Under the pieces are notes generated by a model. The model ran no database searches, was not told the DNA's origin, and was given only the letters and a program-made list of their open reading frames with translations. From Acidimicrobiia bacterium (GTDB taxonomy: Bacteria > Actinomycetota > Acidimicrobiia > Spongiisociales > UBA11373), in assembly GCA_016215655.1 (NCBI GenBank), contig JACRIT010000016.1:28626-92625 (forward strand): 64,000 bases of DNA, in the 5' to 3' direction. Position numbers and translations under genes: made by a program. Below, one piece after another: positions 36,892 to 45,098 of this stretch (position 1 is the first letter of the stretch; each line of letters opens with the position of its first letter).

Positions 36892-37937
36892 ACGAGTCGT
36901 TCATGGAAGAGCTCGACATCCTCGAGCGCGAGAAGGGCATCCCCAAGGAGACGATTCTCGATGCCCTGGCCAACGCGCTGGTATCGGCGTACAAGCGCAG
37001 CCCGGGTGCCGCCGAGGAGGCCCGGGTCACCATCGATCAGGACACAGGCGAGATCAGGGTGTACGGCCAGGAGCTCGACGAGGACGGCAACGTCACCCGT
37101 GAGTGGGAGGACACCCCCGACGACTTCGGCCGCATCGGGGCACAGACGGCCAAGCAGGTGATCCTGCAGCGGCTCCGCGATGCCAAGCGGGCGCAGGTGT
37201 TCGACATCTACGACGGACGCGAGGGCGACCTCGTCACCGGGATCGTGCAGCAGTCCGATCACCGCACCGTCATCCTCGATCTGGGCAACACCGAAGCCGT
37301 CATGCCCTTTGGGGAGAAGATCCCCTACGAGCGTCTCGAGCGCGGCGCCCGGGTGAAGGCACTCATCATCGAGGTCCGGGGTGAGGAATCGAAGGGCCCG
37401 CAGATCGTGGTGTCGCGCAGCCATCCCGACTTCATCCGCCGCCTGTTCGAACTCGAGGTGCCCGAACTCGTCGAAGGGATCATCGAGATCAAGGCCATCG
37501 CCCGCGATGCCGGGCACCGGACGAAGATCGCCGTCGCCTCCAACGATCCCAACGTGGACCCGATCGGCGCCTGCGTCGGTGCGCGCGGAGCCAGGGTTCG
37601 CCAGGTGGTCAACGAGTTGCGCGGGGAGAAGGTCGACATCGTCGAGTTTCGCGCCGACGTCAAGCAGTTCATCGCCGAGGCGCTCAGCCCCGCCAAGGTG
37701 CGGCAGGTGATCCTCGACGAGGAGAAGAAGGAAGCCACCGTCATCGTGCCCGATCATCAGCTCTCCCTGGCGATCGGCAAGGAGGGCCAGAACGCCCGCC
37801 TGGCGGCCCGGCTCAGCGGCTACCGCGTCGACATCCGGCCGGAAACCCCTCCCGAAGAGGCCTCACCGACGGAGCCGGCGGCGGCGGTGGCAGAGGCCGA
37901 GGCGGCCCGAGACCCCGAGCCCGCCTCCGAGGCCTGA
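36888..37937 (+). CDS. nusA: transcription termination/antitermination factor NusA
   Basis: ATGA overlap with rimP. It has an S1 domain and two KH domains (IGACVGARGARVRQVVNEL, SLAIGKEGQNARLAARL). Confidence 0.95.
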   Translation: MNESFMEELDILEREKGIPKETILDALANALVSAYKRSPGAAEEARVTIDQDTGEIRVYGQELDEDGNVTREWEDTPDDFGRIGAQTAKQVILQRLRDAKRAQVFDIYDGREGDLVTGIVQQSDHRTVILDLGNTEAVMPFGEKIPYERLERGARVKALIIEVRGEESKGPQIVVSRSHPDFIRRLFELEVPELVEGIIEIKAIARDAGHRTKIAVASNDPNVDPIGACVGARGARVRQVVNELRGEKVDIVEFRADVKQFIAEALSPAKVRQVILDEEKKEATVIVPDHQLSLAIGKEGQNARLAARLSGYRVDIRPETPPEEASPTEPAAAVAEAEAARDPEPASEA

Positions 37938-37991
37938 GAGCGCCCCTCCCGTGCGTGGCACAATGCACCGTCAAACCCCCGCGAGGAGCGC

Positions 37992-40070
37992 ATGCGCGTC
38001 TACGAACTAGCCCGTGAATTGGGCCTCGAGTCCAAGGACGTGCTGGCGCGCGTGATCGATCTCGGCATCGACGTCAAGACCGCCTCGAGCGGCATCAGTG
38101 ACGATGATGCCGCCCTGGTGCGGCTCTCCTACGACGAGGAGAAGGCTCCCCCTCCGGCGGCGGCCGGTCCGGTGGCACCGGTGGAGGTCCCACCCGAGGT
38201 GCTCGCCGCGGTGGTGGAGGAGGAGGAGGCCGCTCCGGTGGCCAAGTCCAAGGGCAAGGACCATCGCCGCGCCCCGGTGGTCGAGGCGCCGCAGCCCAAG
38301 CGGGCGGTCACCGTCCCCGAGGGGATCACCGTCCAGGAGCTGTCCGATCTGATCCGACGACCCGTCGGTCTCATCGTTCGCGAGCTGGTGACCCGGGGAC
38401 GCATGGCGGGTGCCACCCAGCCGGTCCCGACGGATCTCCTCGTCGTGGTCGGCGATGCCCTCGGCTATGACGTCACCATCTCGTCGGCAGCGGCCGCCCC
38501 CGAGCCGGAGGCCCCGGTGATGCGGCGCAAGCGCGACTTCGGCGATGCGAGCGCCACCCTCGTGCGCCGCCCGCCGGTGGTCACGGTCATGGGACACGTC
38601 GATCACGGAAAGACCCAGCTGCTCGACACCATTCGCCGCGCCAATGTGGTCGCCGGCGAGGCGGGCGGGATCACCCAGCACATCGGGGCGTATCAGGCGC
38701 AGGTCGGCGACCACAAGATCACCTTCATCGACACCCCCGGCCACGAGGCGTTCACCTCGCTGCGTGCCCGCGGCGCCGAGATCACCGACATCGTCGTCCT
38801 GGTCGTCGCCGCCAACGACGGAGTGATGCCCCAGACCATCGAGGCCATCAACCATGCCAAGGCGGCCGGCGTGCCGATCGTGGTGGCCATCAACAAGATG
38901 GACCTCGAATCGGCCAATCCCCACAGTGTGCGCGCCCAACTCACCGAGCACGGACTGGTGGTCGAGGAACTCGGAGGTGACGTCGTCAGCGTCGAGGTCT
39001 CCGGACTGACCGGCAAGGGCATCGAGCGTCTGCTCGAGTACCTCGACCTGATCGCCGAGCTCGAGAACTACTCGGCGAATCCCTCCGTTCCGGCCTCGGG
39101 GACGGTCATCGAGGCCCAGCTCGAGACCGGGCGCGGGCCGGTCGCCACCGTCATCGTGCAGCGTGGCACCCTGCGGCGCGGGGATGCCCTCGTCGCCGGG
39201 GGAGTGGCCGGGCGGGTGCGGGCGATGTTCGATGAGCGCGGCGAAGCCGTGGAGTCCGCTGGTCCGAGTGCACCGGTGCTCGTGATGGGGTGGGATGACG
39301 TCCCGCAGGCCGGAGACTTCTTCGAGGTCGCCGAAGACGATCGCGCCGCCCGTGCGCTCGCCGTCGAGCGTCAAACGGCGATGCGCGACCAGGAGCTCGT
39401 GATGCCGACCGCGGCGCAGCGACTCACGGCGCTGCTCGACGATCTGCGCACCGCCGATGACGCCGAACTGCCCATCATCGTCAAGGCCGACGCCCACGGC
39501 TCGCTCGAAGCGATTCGTGAAGCCGTGGCCAAGATCACCCGCGAAGCCGGGAGCATCACCATCGTGCACACCGGGGTCGGGGGGATCAATGAGAACGACG
39601 TGCTCCTCGCCGAGACCACCGGATCGATCGTGTTCGGGTTCAACGTGCGACCCGACGCCAAGGCGCGCAAGGCGGCGGAGAAGGCCGGGATCGAGGTCCG
39701 CACCTATCGGATCATCTACGAGTTGCTCGATGACATCGAAGCCATCCTCGTGGGACGCCTTGCTCCATCCGAGGTGGAGAGCATCCTCGGCTCGGCAGAG
39801 GTGCGGGCCACGTTCCGTGCACCGCGCTACGGGACGATCGCCGGGTCGTACGTCACCGAGGGCGAGATCGTCCGCGGCGCCAGGGCCCGCATCGTGCGCA
39901 ACGGCGTGGTCGTGCACGACGGCACCATCGCCTCGGTGCGCCGGTTCAAGGACGACGTCCGCAGCGTGGCCGCCGGCTTCGAGTGCGGTATCGCCCTCGA
40001 GGGCTTCCGTGACATCAAAGAACGCGACATCATCGAGGCGTACGAAGTCCGCGAAGTGGCGCGGACGTAG
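37992..40070 (+). CDS. infB: translation initiation factor IF-2
   Basis: [12 protein letters not shown]-terminus, G domain [14 protein letters not shown]...DTPGHEAF...NKMD, and a C-terminal beta-barrel. Confidence 0.95.
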   Translation: MRVYELARELGLESKDVLARVIDLGIDVKTASSGISDDDAALVRLSYDEEKAPPPAAAGPVAPVEVPPEVLAAVVEEEEAAPVAKSKGKDHRRAPVVEAPQPKRAVTVPEGITVQELSDLIRRPVGLIVRELVTRGRMAGATQPVPTDLLVVVGDALGYDVTISSAAAAPEPEAPVMRRKRDFGDASATLVRRPPVVTVMGHVDHGKTQLLDTIRRANVVAGEAGGITQHIGAYQAQVGDHKITFIDTPGHEAFTSLRARGAEITDIVVLVVAANDGVMPQTIEAINHAKAAGVPIVVAINKMDLESANPHSVRAQLTEHGLVVEELGGDVVSVEVSGLTGKGIERLLEYLDLIAELENYSANPSVPASGTVIEAQLETGRGPVATVIVQRGTLRRGDALVAGGVAGRVRAMFDERGEAVESAGPSAPVLVMGWDDVPQAGDFFEVAEDDRAARALAVERQTAMRDQELVMPTAAQRLTALLDDLRTADDAELPIIVKADAHGSLEAIREAVAKITREAGSITIVHTGVGGINENDVLLAETTGSIVFGFNVRPDAKARKAAEKAGIEVRTYRIIYELLDDIEAILVGRLAPSEVESILGSAEVRATFRAPRYGTIAGSYVTEGEIVRGARARIVRNGVVVHDGTIASVRRFKDDVRSVAAGFECGIALEGFRDIKERDIIEAYEVREVART

Positions 40071-40175
40071 GCACCAGGCTCCAGGCTCCAGGTACCAGCC
40101 GGAACCCGTGCGACCTCTAGTGTCTGGCATCTGGCAGCTGGCATCTGGCACCGGGCAACGGGTAACGGGTGACAC
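40071..40175. repeat. heptad-repeat element E4 (15 phased heptads filling the infB-DUF503 spacer)
   Basis: gcaccag gctccag gctccag gtaccag ccggaac ccgtgcg acctcta gtgtctg gcatctg gcagctg gcatctg gcaccgg gcaacgg gtaacgg gtgacac. It starts immediately after the infB TAG and ends 1 nt before ATG 40177. Confidence 0.85.
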
Positions 40176-40176
40176 C

Positions 40177-40473
40177 ATGTCCAATCTCCACGCCGTCGCC
40201 ATTCGCATCGGGCTTCACATCAACGAGTCGCAGTCGCTGAAGTCCAAGCGCGCGGTGCTGCGCCCCCTGCTCGCCCGATTGGAGAAGCTACGGGTGTCGG
40301 TGGCCGAGATCGGACACCAGGACTCCTGGCAGCAGGCGACGATCGCGGTGGCGGCCGTGGCTGCGGATGCCGGGCGGCTCGGCGAGGTGGTCGAGACGGT
40401 CAAACGCATCGTCTACTCCGACCCCCGCATCGAGGTGACGGCGATCGAGATCAGCCACCTGGAGGAGCCATGA
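40177..40473 (+). CDS. DUF503 (YlxP-like) protein
   Basis: 98 aa: IRIGLHINESQSLKSKRAVLRPLLARLEK. It holds the conserved position between infB and rbfA. Confidence 0.8.
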   Translation: MSNLHAVAIRIGLHINESQSLKSKRAVLRPLLARLEKLRVSVAEIGHQDSWQQATIAVAAVAADAGRLGEVVETVKRIVYSDPRIEVTAIEISHLEEP

Positions 40474-40856
40474 GCAGGGGCGGGTCGTGGCTGCGAAAGG
40501 TGAACGAGTCGCTGCGCGAGGTCATCGCCGATGAAGTCACGCGTCTCAAGGACCCCGGCCTCGGCTTCCTCACCATCACCGGTGTGGACACCGCACCCGA
40601 CCTGCGAGCCGCCCGCGTGTTCTACTCGGTGCTCGGTGATGCGGACCAGCAGGCTGCCACCGCGGCGGCATTGCAGCGTGCCAAGCCCCGCTTGAAGAAG
40701 GCGGTTGGGGGCCGGGTCCGACTCAAGTACCTTCCGGACCTCCACTTCGAGAGGGACGAGTCGATCGATCGCGGCAATCGGATGGAACAACTGTTGCGGC
40801 GACTGGAAGAGGATGGGGATGGAGGATCTGACGACTTCCCTGCGACGAGCGGCTGA
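40470..40856 (+). CDS. rbfA: ribosome-binding factor A
   Basis: RKVNESLREVIADEV..LKDPGLGFLTITGVDTAPDLRAARVFYSV. Confidence 0.9.
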   Translation: MSRGGSWLRKVNESLREVIADEVTRLKDPGLGFLTITGVDTAPDLRAARVFYSVLGDADQQAATAAALQRAKPRLKKAVGGRVRLKYLPDLHFERDESIDRGNRMEQLLRRLEEDGDGGSDDFPATSG

Positions 40857-41781
40857 GGCGATCGCGGGCGCCAGTTCGCTCGCCATCGTCGGCCATGTGT
40901 CACCCGACGGTGATGCGCTCGGCTCGGCGCTGGCCCTGGCGCACGCCGCCCGTGGCGCCGGGAAGGAGGCCGTGGTGTCCTTCGGGTCGCCCTTCGCCAT
41001 CCCCGAGTCGCTGCAGTTCCTCGACACCTCGCCCGTGGTGCCACCGGGGGAGTTCCCGCCGCATCCCGACTGTCTCGTGGTCTTCGATGCCGGCTCGGCA
41101 GATCGCCTCGCCGAACTGGCGTCGAACGCCGGTGCAGCCCGGGTGGTGATCGTCGTCGACCACCACAAGTCGACGACCGGCGACTTCGGTGACATCCATG
41201 TGGTCGATCCCCACGCCGCCGCCTCCGGCCAGCTCACCGTTGCCCTGCTCGACGCCCTGGGTTGGACGATCGATCCCACGGTGGCTCTGTGCCTCCTCAC
41301 CGCCATCGTCACCGACACCGGACGCTTCCAGTATTCGGCCACCTCGGGAGAAGTGATGCGCGTGGCGGCCCGGCTCGTCGATGCCGGCGCCCGGCCCGAG
41401 GTCATCGGTCAGGCGGTCTATGAGTCGGTGCCCTTCGGGTACCTGGAGGTGTCAGCCGCCGTGCTGGGCCGGGCCGTGCTCGAAGCCGACCTCGGCCTCA
41501 TCTGGTCCTGGGTGGAGACGGCCGACCTCGGGGACCTCGCCTGGGGCGACCTCGATCGGCTCATCGACGACCTCCGCATCGCACGTGAGGCCGGGGTGGC
41601 GGCCCTGCTCAAGGAGACCCCGCGGGGCTGGAAGGTCAGCCTGCGATCCCGCGGCGTCGCCGACGTCGGCGCCATCGCCCAGCGCCATGGCGGGGGAGGC
41701 CACCACAACGCCGCCGGGTTCACGCTCGCCGGCGAACGGACCGCCGTGGTCGAGGCGATTCGGGCGGGTCTGCGTGGCTGA
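40813..41781 (+). CDS. nrnA: DHH/DHHA1 phosphoesterase (NrnA-like oligoribonuclease/pAp phosphatase)
   Basis: GHVSPDGDALGS, VVFDAG, VVDHH, IVTDTGRFQY and GGGGHHNAAGF. Alternative start is ATG 40819. Confidence 0.85.
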   Translation: MGMEDLTTSLRRAAEAIAGASSLAIVGHVSPDGDALGSALALAHAARGAGKEAVVSFGSPFAIPESLQFLDTSPVVPPGEFPPHPDCLVVFDAGSADRLAELASNAGAARVVIVVDHHKSTTGDFGDIHVVDPHAAASGQLTVALLDALGWTIDPTVALCLLTAIVTDTGRFQYSATSGEVMRVAARLVDAGARPEVIGQAVYESVPFGYLEVSAAVLGRAVLEADLGLIWSWVETADLGDLAWGDLDRLIDDLRIAREAGVAALLKETPRGWKVSLRSRGVADVGAIAQRHGGGGHHNAAGFTLAGERTAVVEAIRAGLRG

Positions 41782-42658
41782 GGGCTTCGTGCTCGTCGAC
41801 AAGGCCGGGGGCTGGACGTCGCACGACGTGGTGGCTCGGTGCCGCCGGATCTTCGCCATGCGCCGCATCGGCCACGCCGGGACGCTGGACCCGATGGCCA
41901 CCGGACTCCTCGTCGTCGCCCTGGGGCGCGCCACGCGGCTGCTCCGCTTCATCCAGGATGCCCCCAAGACCTACGAGGCCGTGGCGGCGTTCGGCGTGGC
42001 CACCGACAGCCTCGACGCCGACGGGGCGATCCTGAGCCGCGAGGAGATGATCGTCGACGAGGCCGAGCTCCGGCAGGTGGCGACCCGATTCGTCGGCACG
42101 ATCGCCCAGATCCCCCCCATGGTCTCGGCGATCAGGATCGAGGGTCGGCGTCTATATGAGCTGGCCCGCTCCGGCGTGGAGGTGGAGCGGGCGCCCCGGG
42201 CCGTCGAGATCTACGACCTCGAGATCCTCGACGTCTCGCCGGGGATCTATCCCGAGGTCGCCTTCCGGGTGACCTGCGGGTCGGGGACATACGTCCGGGT
42301 GCTGGCCGACGACCTGGCCCGGGCCCTCGGGGGACGAGCATCGCTCGTCTCGTTGCGCCGCACCGCCAGCGCCCGGCATCGGGTGGAGGATGCATCCACG
42401 ATCGAGGACCTCGAGGCTGCCGCGGCCGAGGGAAGGCTGGATGGGCGCGTGATGCCGCCTTCGAGCGGGCTGGGACACCTTCCCGCGTTCGAAGTCGACG
42501 AGGCGACGGCCGGGGCGGTGCGCCATGGGGCGACGTTTGCCGCCGGGCCGCTGGCCGGGCTCTGCGGCCGGTATCGCCTGGTCGACGCCGCGGGGACCCT
42601 CGTCGCGGTATACCAGGGTGATGGGCGCCGCTCCTCGGCCGAGGTGGTGATGGGATGA
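41774..42658 (+). CDS. truB: tRNA pseudouridine55 synthase
   Basis: GFVLVDKAGGWTSHDVV, IGHAGTLDPMATGLLVVALG (catalytic Asp) and YVRVLADDL. Confidence 0.9.
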   Translation: MAEGFVLVDKAGGWTSHDVVARCRRIFAMRRIGHAGTLDPMATGLLVVALGRATRLLRFIQDAPKTYEAVAAFGVATDSLDADGAILSREEMIVDEAELRQVATRFVGTIAQIPPMVSAIRIEGRRLYELARSGVEVERAPRAVEIYDLEILDVSPGIYPEVAFRVTCGSGTYVRVLADDLARALGGRASLVSLRRTASARHRVEDASTIEDLEAAAAEGRLDGRVMPPSSGLGHLPAFEVDEATAGAVRHGATFAAGPLAGLCGRYRLVDAAGTLVAVYQGDGRRSSAEVVMG

Positions 42659-43506
42659 AGGTGCTGCAGGGCTTTGCCGGAGCCTGGGCGGCCGAGGATG
42701 CCGAGTCCGCCCTCGCCGTCGGGGTGTTCGACGGCATGCACTCCGGTCACCGCAGCGTGCTTGCAGCCGTGTGCCGCCACGCCGCCGCGGGCGGCCTCAG
42801 GCCGGGGGTGGTGACCTTCGACCCGCATCCCCTCGCCGTGGTGGCGCCCGATCGGGCGCCGGCCATGATCACCGACATCGATCAGCGCCTCGAGCTCCTG
42901 GAGGGCCTGGGGATGGAGTTGGTGGCCGTGGTGGCATTCGACGAGGTGACCCGGGCCTGGAGTCCGTCCGACTTCGCCCTCGGTCTGCTCGCCGGGACGC
43001 TGCGGGCGCGGGTGGTGCTCGCCGGTGAGGACTTCCGGTTTGCCAAGGACCGGGTGGGCGACGTGGGTGTCCTGCGCGAGCTCGGGGCCATCGGCGGGTT
43101 CGAGACGGAGGTGGTGCCCCTCGTGGGAGGAGCGGCTCGTCCCGCATCATCGAGTGCGGTGCGAGCACTGATCGCCGCCGGTGACGTCGCCGCCGCCGCC
43201 GACGAACTGGAACGACCGCATGAGGTGCGGGGGGTGGCCGCGGTGCGCGAAGGCGTCGTCGCCATCGCGGTGCCACCGGCGATGGCGATGCCTCCTGCCG
43301 GGGCCTATGCGGGCAATGTCGGCCGGTCGTCCACCGAACGGATCCCGGCGCTCATCCGCATCGGCGACGGGCTGTCGGTCGAGCCGCTGGCGCCAGGAGC
43401 CGTGCGCAGCGGCAGCATCCGCGTCCGGTTCGTGGCCCGCCTGCCCGAAGGATCGGGAGACATCGCCGCCGCGGTCCGGTCGCTCGTCGTCCCACCGGGG
43501 TCTTGA
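42655..43506 (+). CDS. ribF: FAD synthetase RibF with divergent/degenerate C-terminal riboflavin-kinase module
   Basis: The N-terminal FMN adenylyltransferase motifs are intact: GVFDGMHSGH, VVTFDPHP, SSSAVRALI. The C-terminal ~100 aa lacks the GFPTAN-type motif. Confidence 0.8.
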   Translation: MKVLQGFAGAWAAEDAESALAVGVFDGMHSGHRSVLAAVCRHAAAGGLRPGVVTFDPHPLAVVAPDRAPAMITDIDQRLELLEGLGMELVAVVAFDEVTRAWSPSDFALGLLAGTLRARVVLAGEDFRFAKDRVGDVGVLRELGAIGGFETEVVPLVGGAARPASSSAVRALIAAGDVAAAADELERPHEVRGVAAVREGVVAIAVPPAMAMPPAGAYAGNVGRSSTERIPALIRIGDGLSVEPLAPGAVRSGSIRVRFVARLPEGSGDIAAAVRSLVVPPGS

Positions 43507-43564
43507 CGACCGGCCGTCCGGAGCGCACGCTGCACATCCCCGCCTCCCCGGAGAGGAGCACGCC

Positions 43565-44602
43565 GTGCTCTCCGTCGGATTGGTCGTGGCGGCGCTGGCG
43601 GCGGTGCCGGGGCTGGGGCTCGCCCCTGAAGACGAGCCCGCAACGGACTCCGGCGGCGGTGTCCAGATCCCGATGGCCCCACCGGCGGAGCCGGGCATCC
43701 CCGGCGAGCCGATCCTGTTGGGTCTCGCCGCCGCCGCCGCCGTGTTCGCCACACGGCGTGAGGGATCGGCGCTCGGGTTGCGCCCGCCCGAGGACACCAT
43801 GGTCGTCTTCGTTCCCGGCCACGGGCAGGGCGCCGGCGCCGATGTGTATGCGGAGTTCGTCGAGCTCATGGGCCTCGATCCCGACGATGCCCGCTACTTC
43901 GACTATCGCTGGGTCACCGGGGATGCCGATCCCCACCGGGCGTCGGCGCTCGCCCCCATCGAGCAGACCGCGGCATCCCTGAACGCCTATCTCGCCGGTG
44001 TGGCCGACGGCGATCGCCCGGTGTGGCTCGTCGGGTTCAGCAAGGGTGGAGCCACCGTCGCCGAATTGATCGCCACGTGGGATCGGGGAGTGCATCGGCC
44101 CCCGGCCGATGTCGTCGGGGCGATGCTGCTCGACCCCCCGATGGCACGGGGGGTGCACGGCACGCTGCAGAGCGCCGGGCGGGTGGTGAGCGGGATCCCC
44201 GACGACGGGGGCTACGACCCGGTCGACTGTGCGTTCCTGTGGTTCGGCTGCCATGACACGAGAGCCCATCTCGGGCAGAAATCGGACATCGAGGTGATCG
44301 TGGTGCGCAATCCCCGCGCCGCGGTGACCAGCTTCGGCGATCGGCCGCCCGGATTGCGGGTCGTCGATGCCCCCGACGACGGCCCCGGCCCCTGGGGTCA
44401 GATCATGGACAACCCGCTGCGGATCTTCAGCCGCCTCAGCGAAGCCCACGAGTCGGTGCTGACGGATCCCCGGGTCGTGCGGTGCCTGGTGGCAGAGATG
44501 CACGCCCCGGGGACGTGCCCGCTGGGGCGGCCCCGCATCGAAGCGCCGGAGTTCAGTCCGCTACGGGTCCGGGCGGCCTCCAGGGCGGGGAGGGCGGTCT
44601 AG
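43565..44602 (+). CDS. hypothetical membrane-anchored alpha/beta-hydrolase-like protein
   Basis: GTG after SD ggagaggag. It has two N-terminal hydrophobic segments, a nucleophile-elbow-like GFSKGG, and MVVFVPGHGQG. No family is assigned. Confidence 0.6.
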   Translation: MLSVGLVVAALAAVPGLGLAPEDEPATDSGGGVQIPMAPPAEPGIPGEPILLGLAAAAAVFATRREGSALGLRPPEDTMVVFVPGHGQGAGADVYAEFVELMGLDPDDARYFDYRWVTGDADPHRASALAPIEQTAASLNAYLAGVADGDRPVWLVGFSKGGATVAELIATWDRGVHRPPADVVGAMLLDPPMARGVHGTLQSAGRVVSGIPDDGGYDPVDCAFLWFGCHDTRAHLGQKSDIEVIVVRNPRAAVTSFGDRPPGLRVVDAPDDGPGPWGQIMDNPLRIFSRLSEAHESVLTDPRVVRCLVAEMHAPGTCPLGRPRIEAPEFSPLRVRAASRAGRAV

Positions 44603-44679
44603 GAGCGCCGTTTGGCGGGTGAGGTCCGCGGAACTGCTACAGTTTCCGGGCCGGAGTGCATTCCGCCTCCGGGTTTTCC

Positions 44680-44937
44680 ATGAACGACACCAAGACGATC
44701 ATCGCGGAGCATGGCTCCCACGCCACGGACACGGGTTCGCCCGAGGTCCAGATCGCGTTGCTCACCGAGCGGATCAACCAGCTCACCGAGCACCTGAAGA
44801 CCCACGACAAGGACCACCATGGTCGTCGTGGCTTGCTGATGATGGTCGGCCGTCGCCGTCGTCTGCTCGACTACCTGCAAGATCAGGATGTCGAGCGGTA
44901 CCGCAGCGTCATCGCACGCCTCGGCCTGCGGCGCTGA
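44680..44937 (+). CDS. rpsO: 30S ribosomal protein S15
   Basis: [50 protein letters not shown]. Confidence 0.95.
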   Translation: MNDTKTIIAEHGSHATDTGSPEVQIALLTERINQLTEHLKTHDKDHHGRRGLLMMVGRRRRLLDYLQDQDVERYRSVIARLGLRR

Positions 44938-44941
44938 CGGA

Positions 44942-44965
44942 AAAGACGATCCTCCGATCGTCTTT
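44942..44965 (+). terminator. rpsO terminator / pnp-leader hairpin
   Basis: AAAGACGATC ctcc GATCGTCTTT is a perfect 10-bp stem 5 nt after the rpsO stop. A second hairpin, cctcggca..tgccgagg, lies at 45026-45043 in the pnp leader. Confidence 0.6.
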
Positions 44966-45098
44966 CGTGCTGTCATGGGGGGCAACACGAAGCGGGAGCC
45001 CTCGCGTCAGTTGCTAGTTGCCACTCCTCGGCATGTGCCGAGGGTTGACTACTGGTAATTGACGGACGGTGGGCTCCCTCGAAGAAGAGAGAGAACAT

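Noticed and set aside
40071-40175. Heptad arrays as CRISPR arrays or as coding mini-ORFs
   Set aside because: The units are 7 nt with no spacers, and no cas genes are present. The ORF-track 'proteins' across them (for example SPVSSLQSGSHQSSVISQ) are just translated repeats without starts or RBS.
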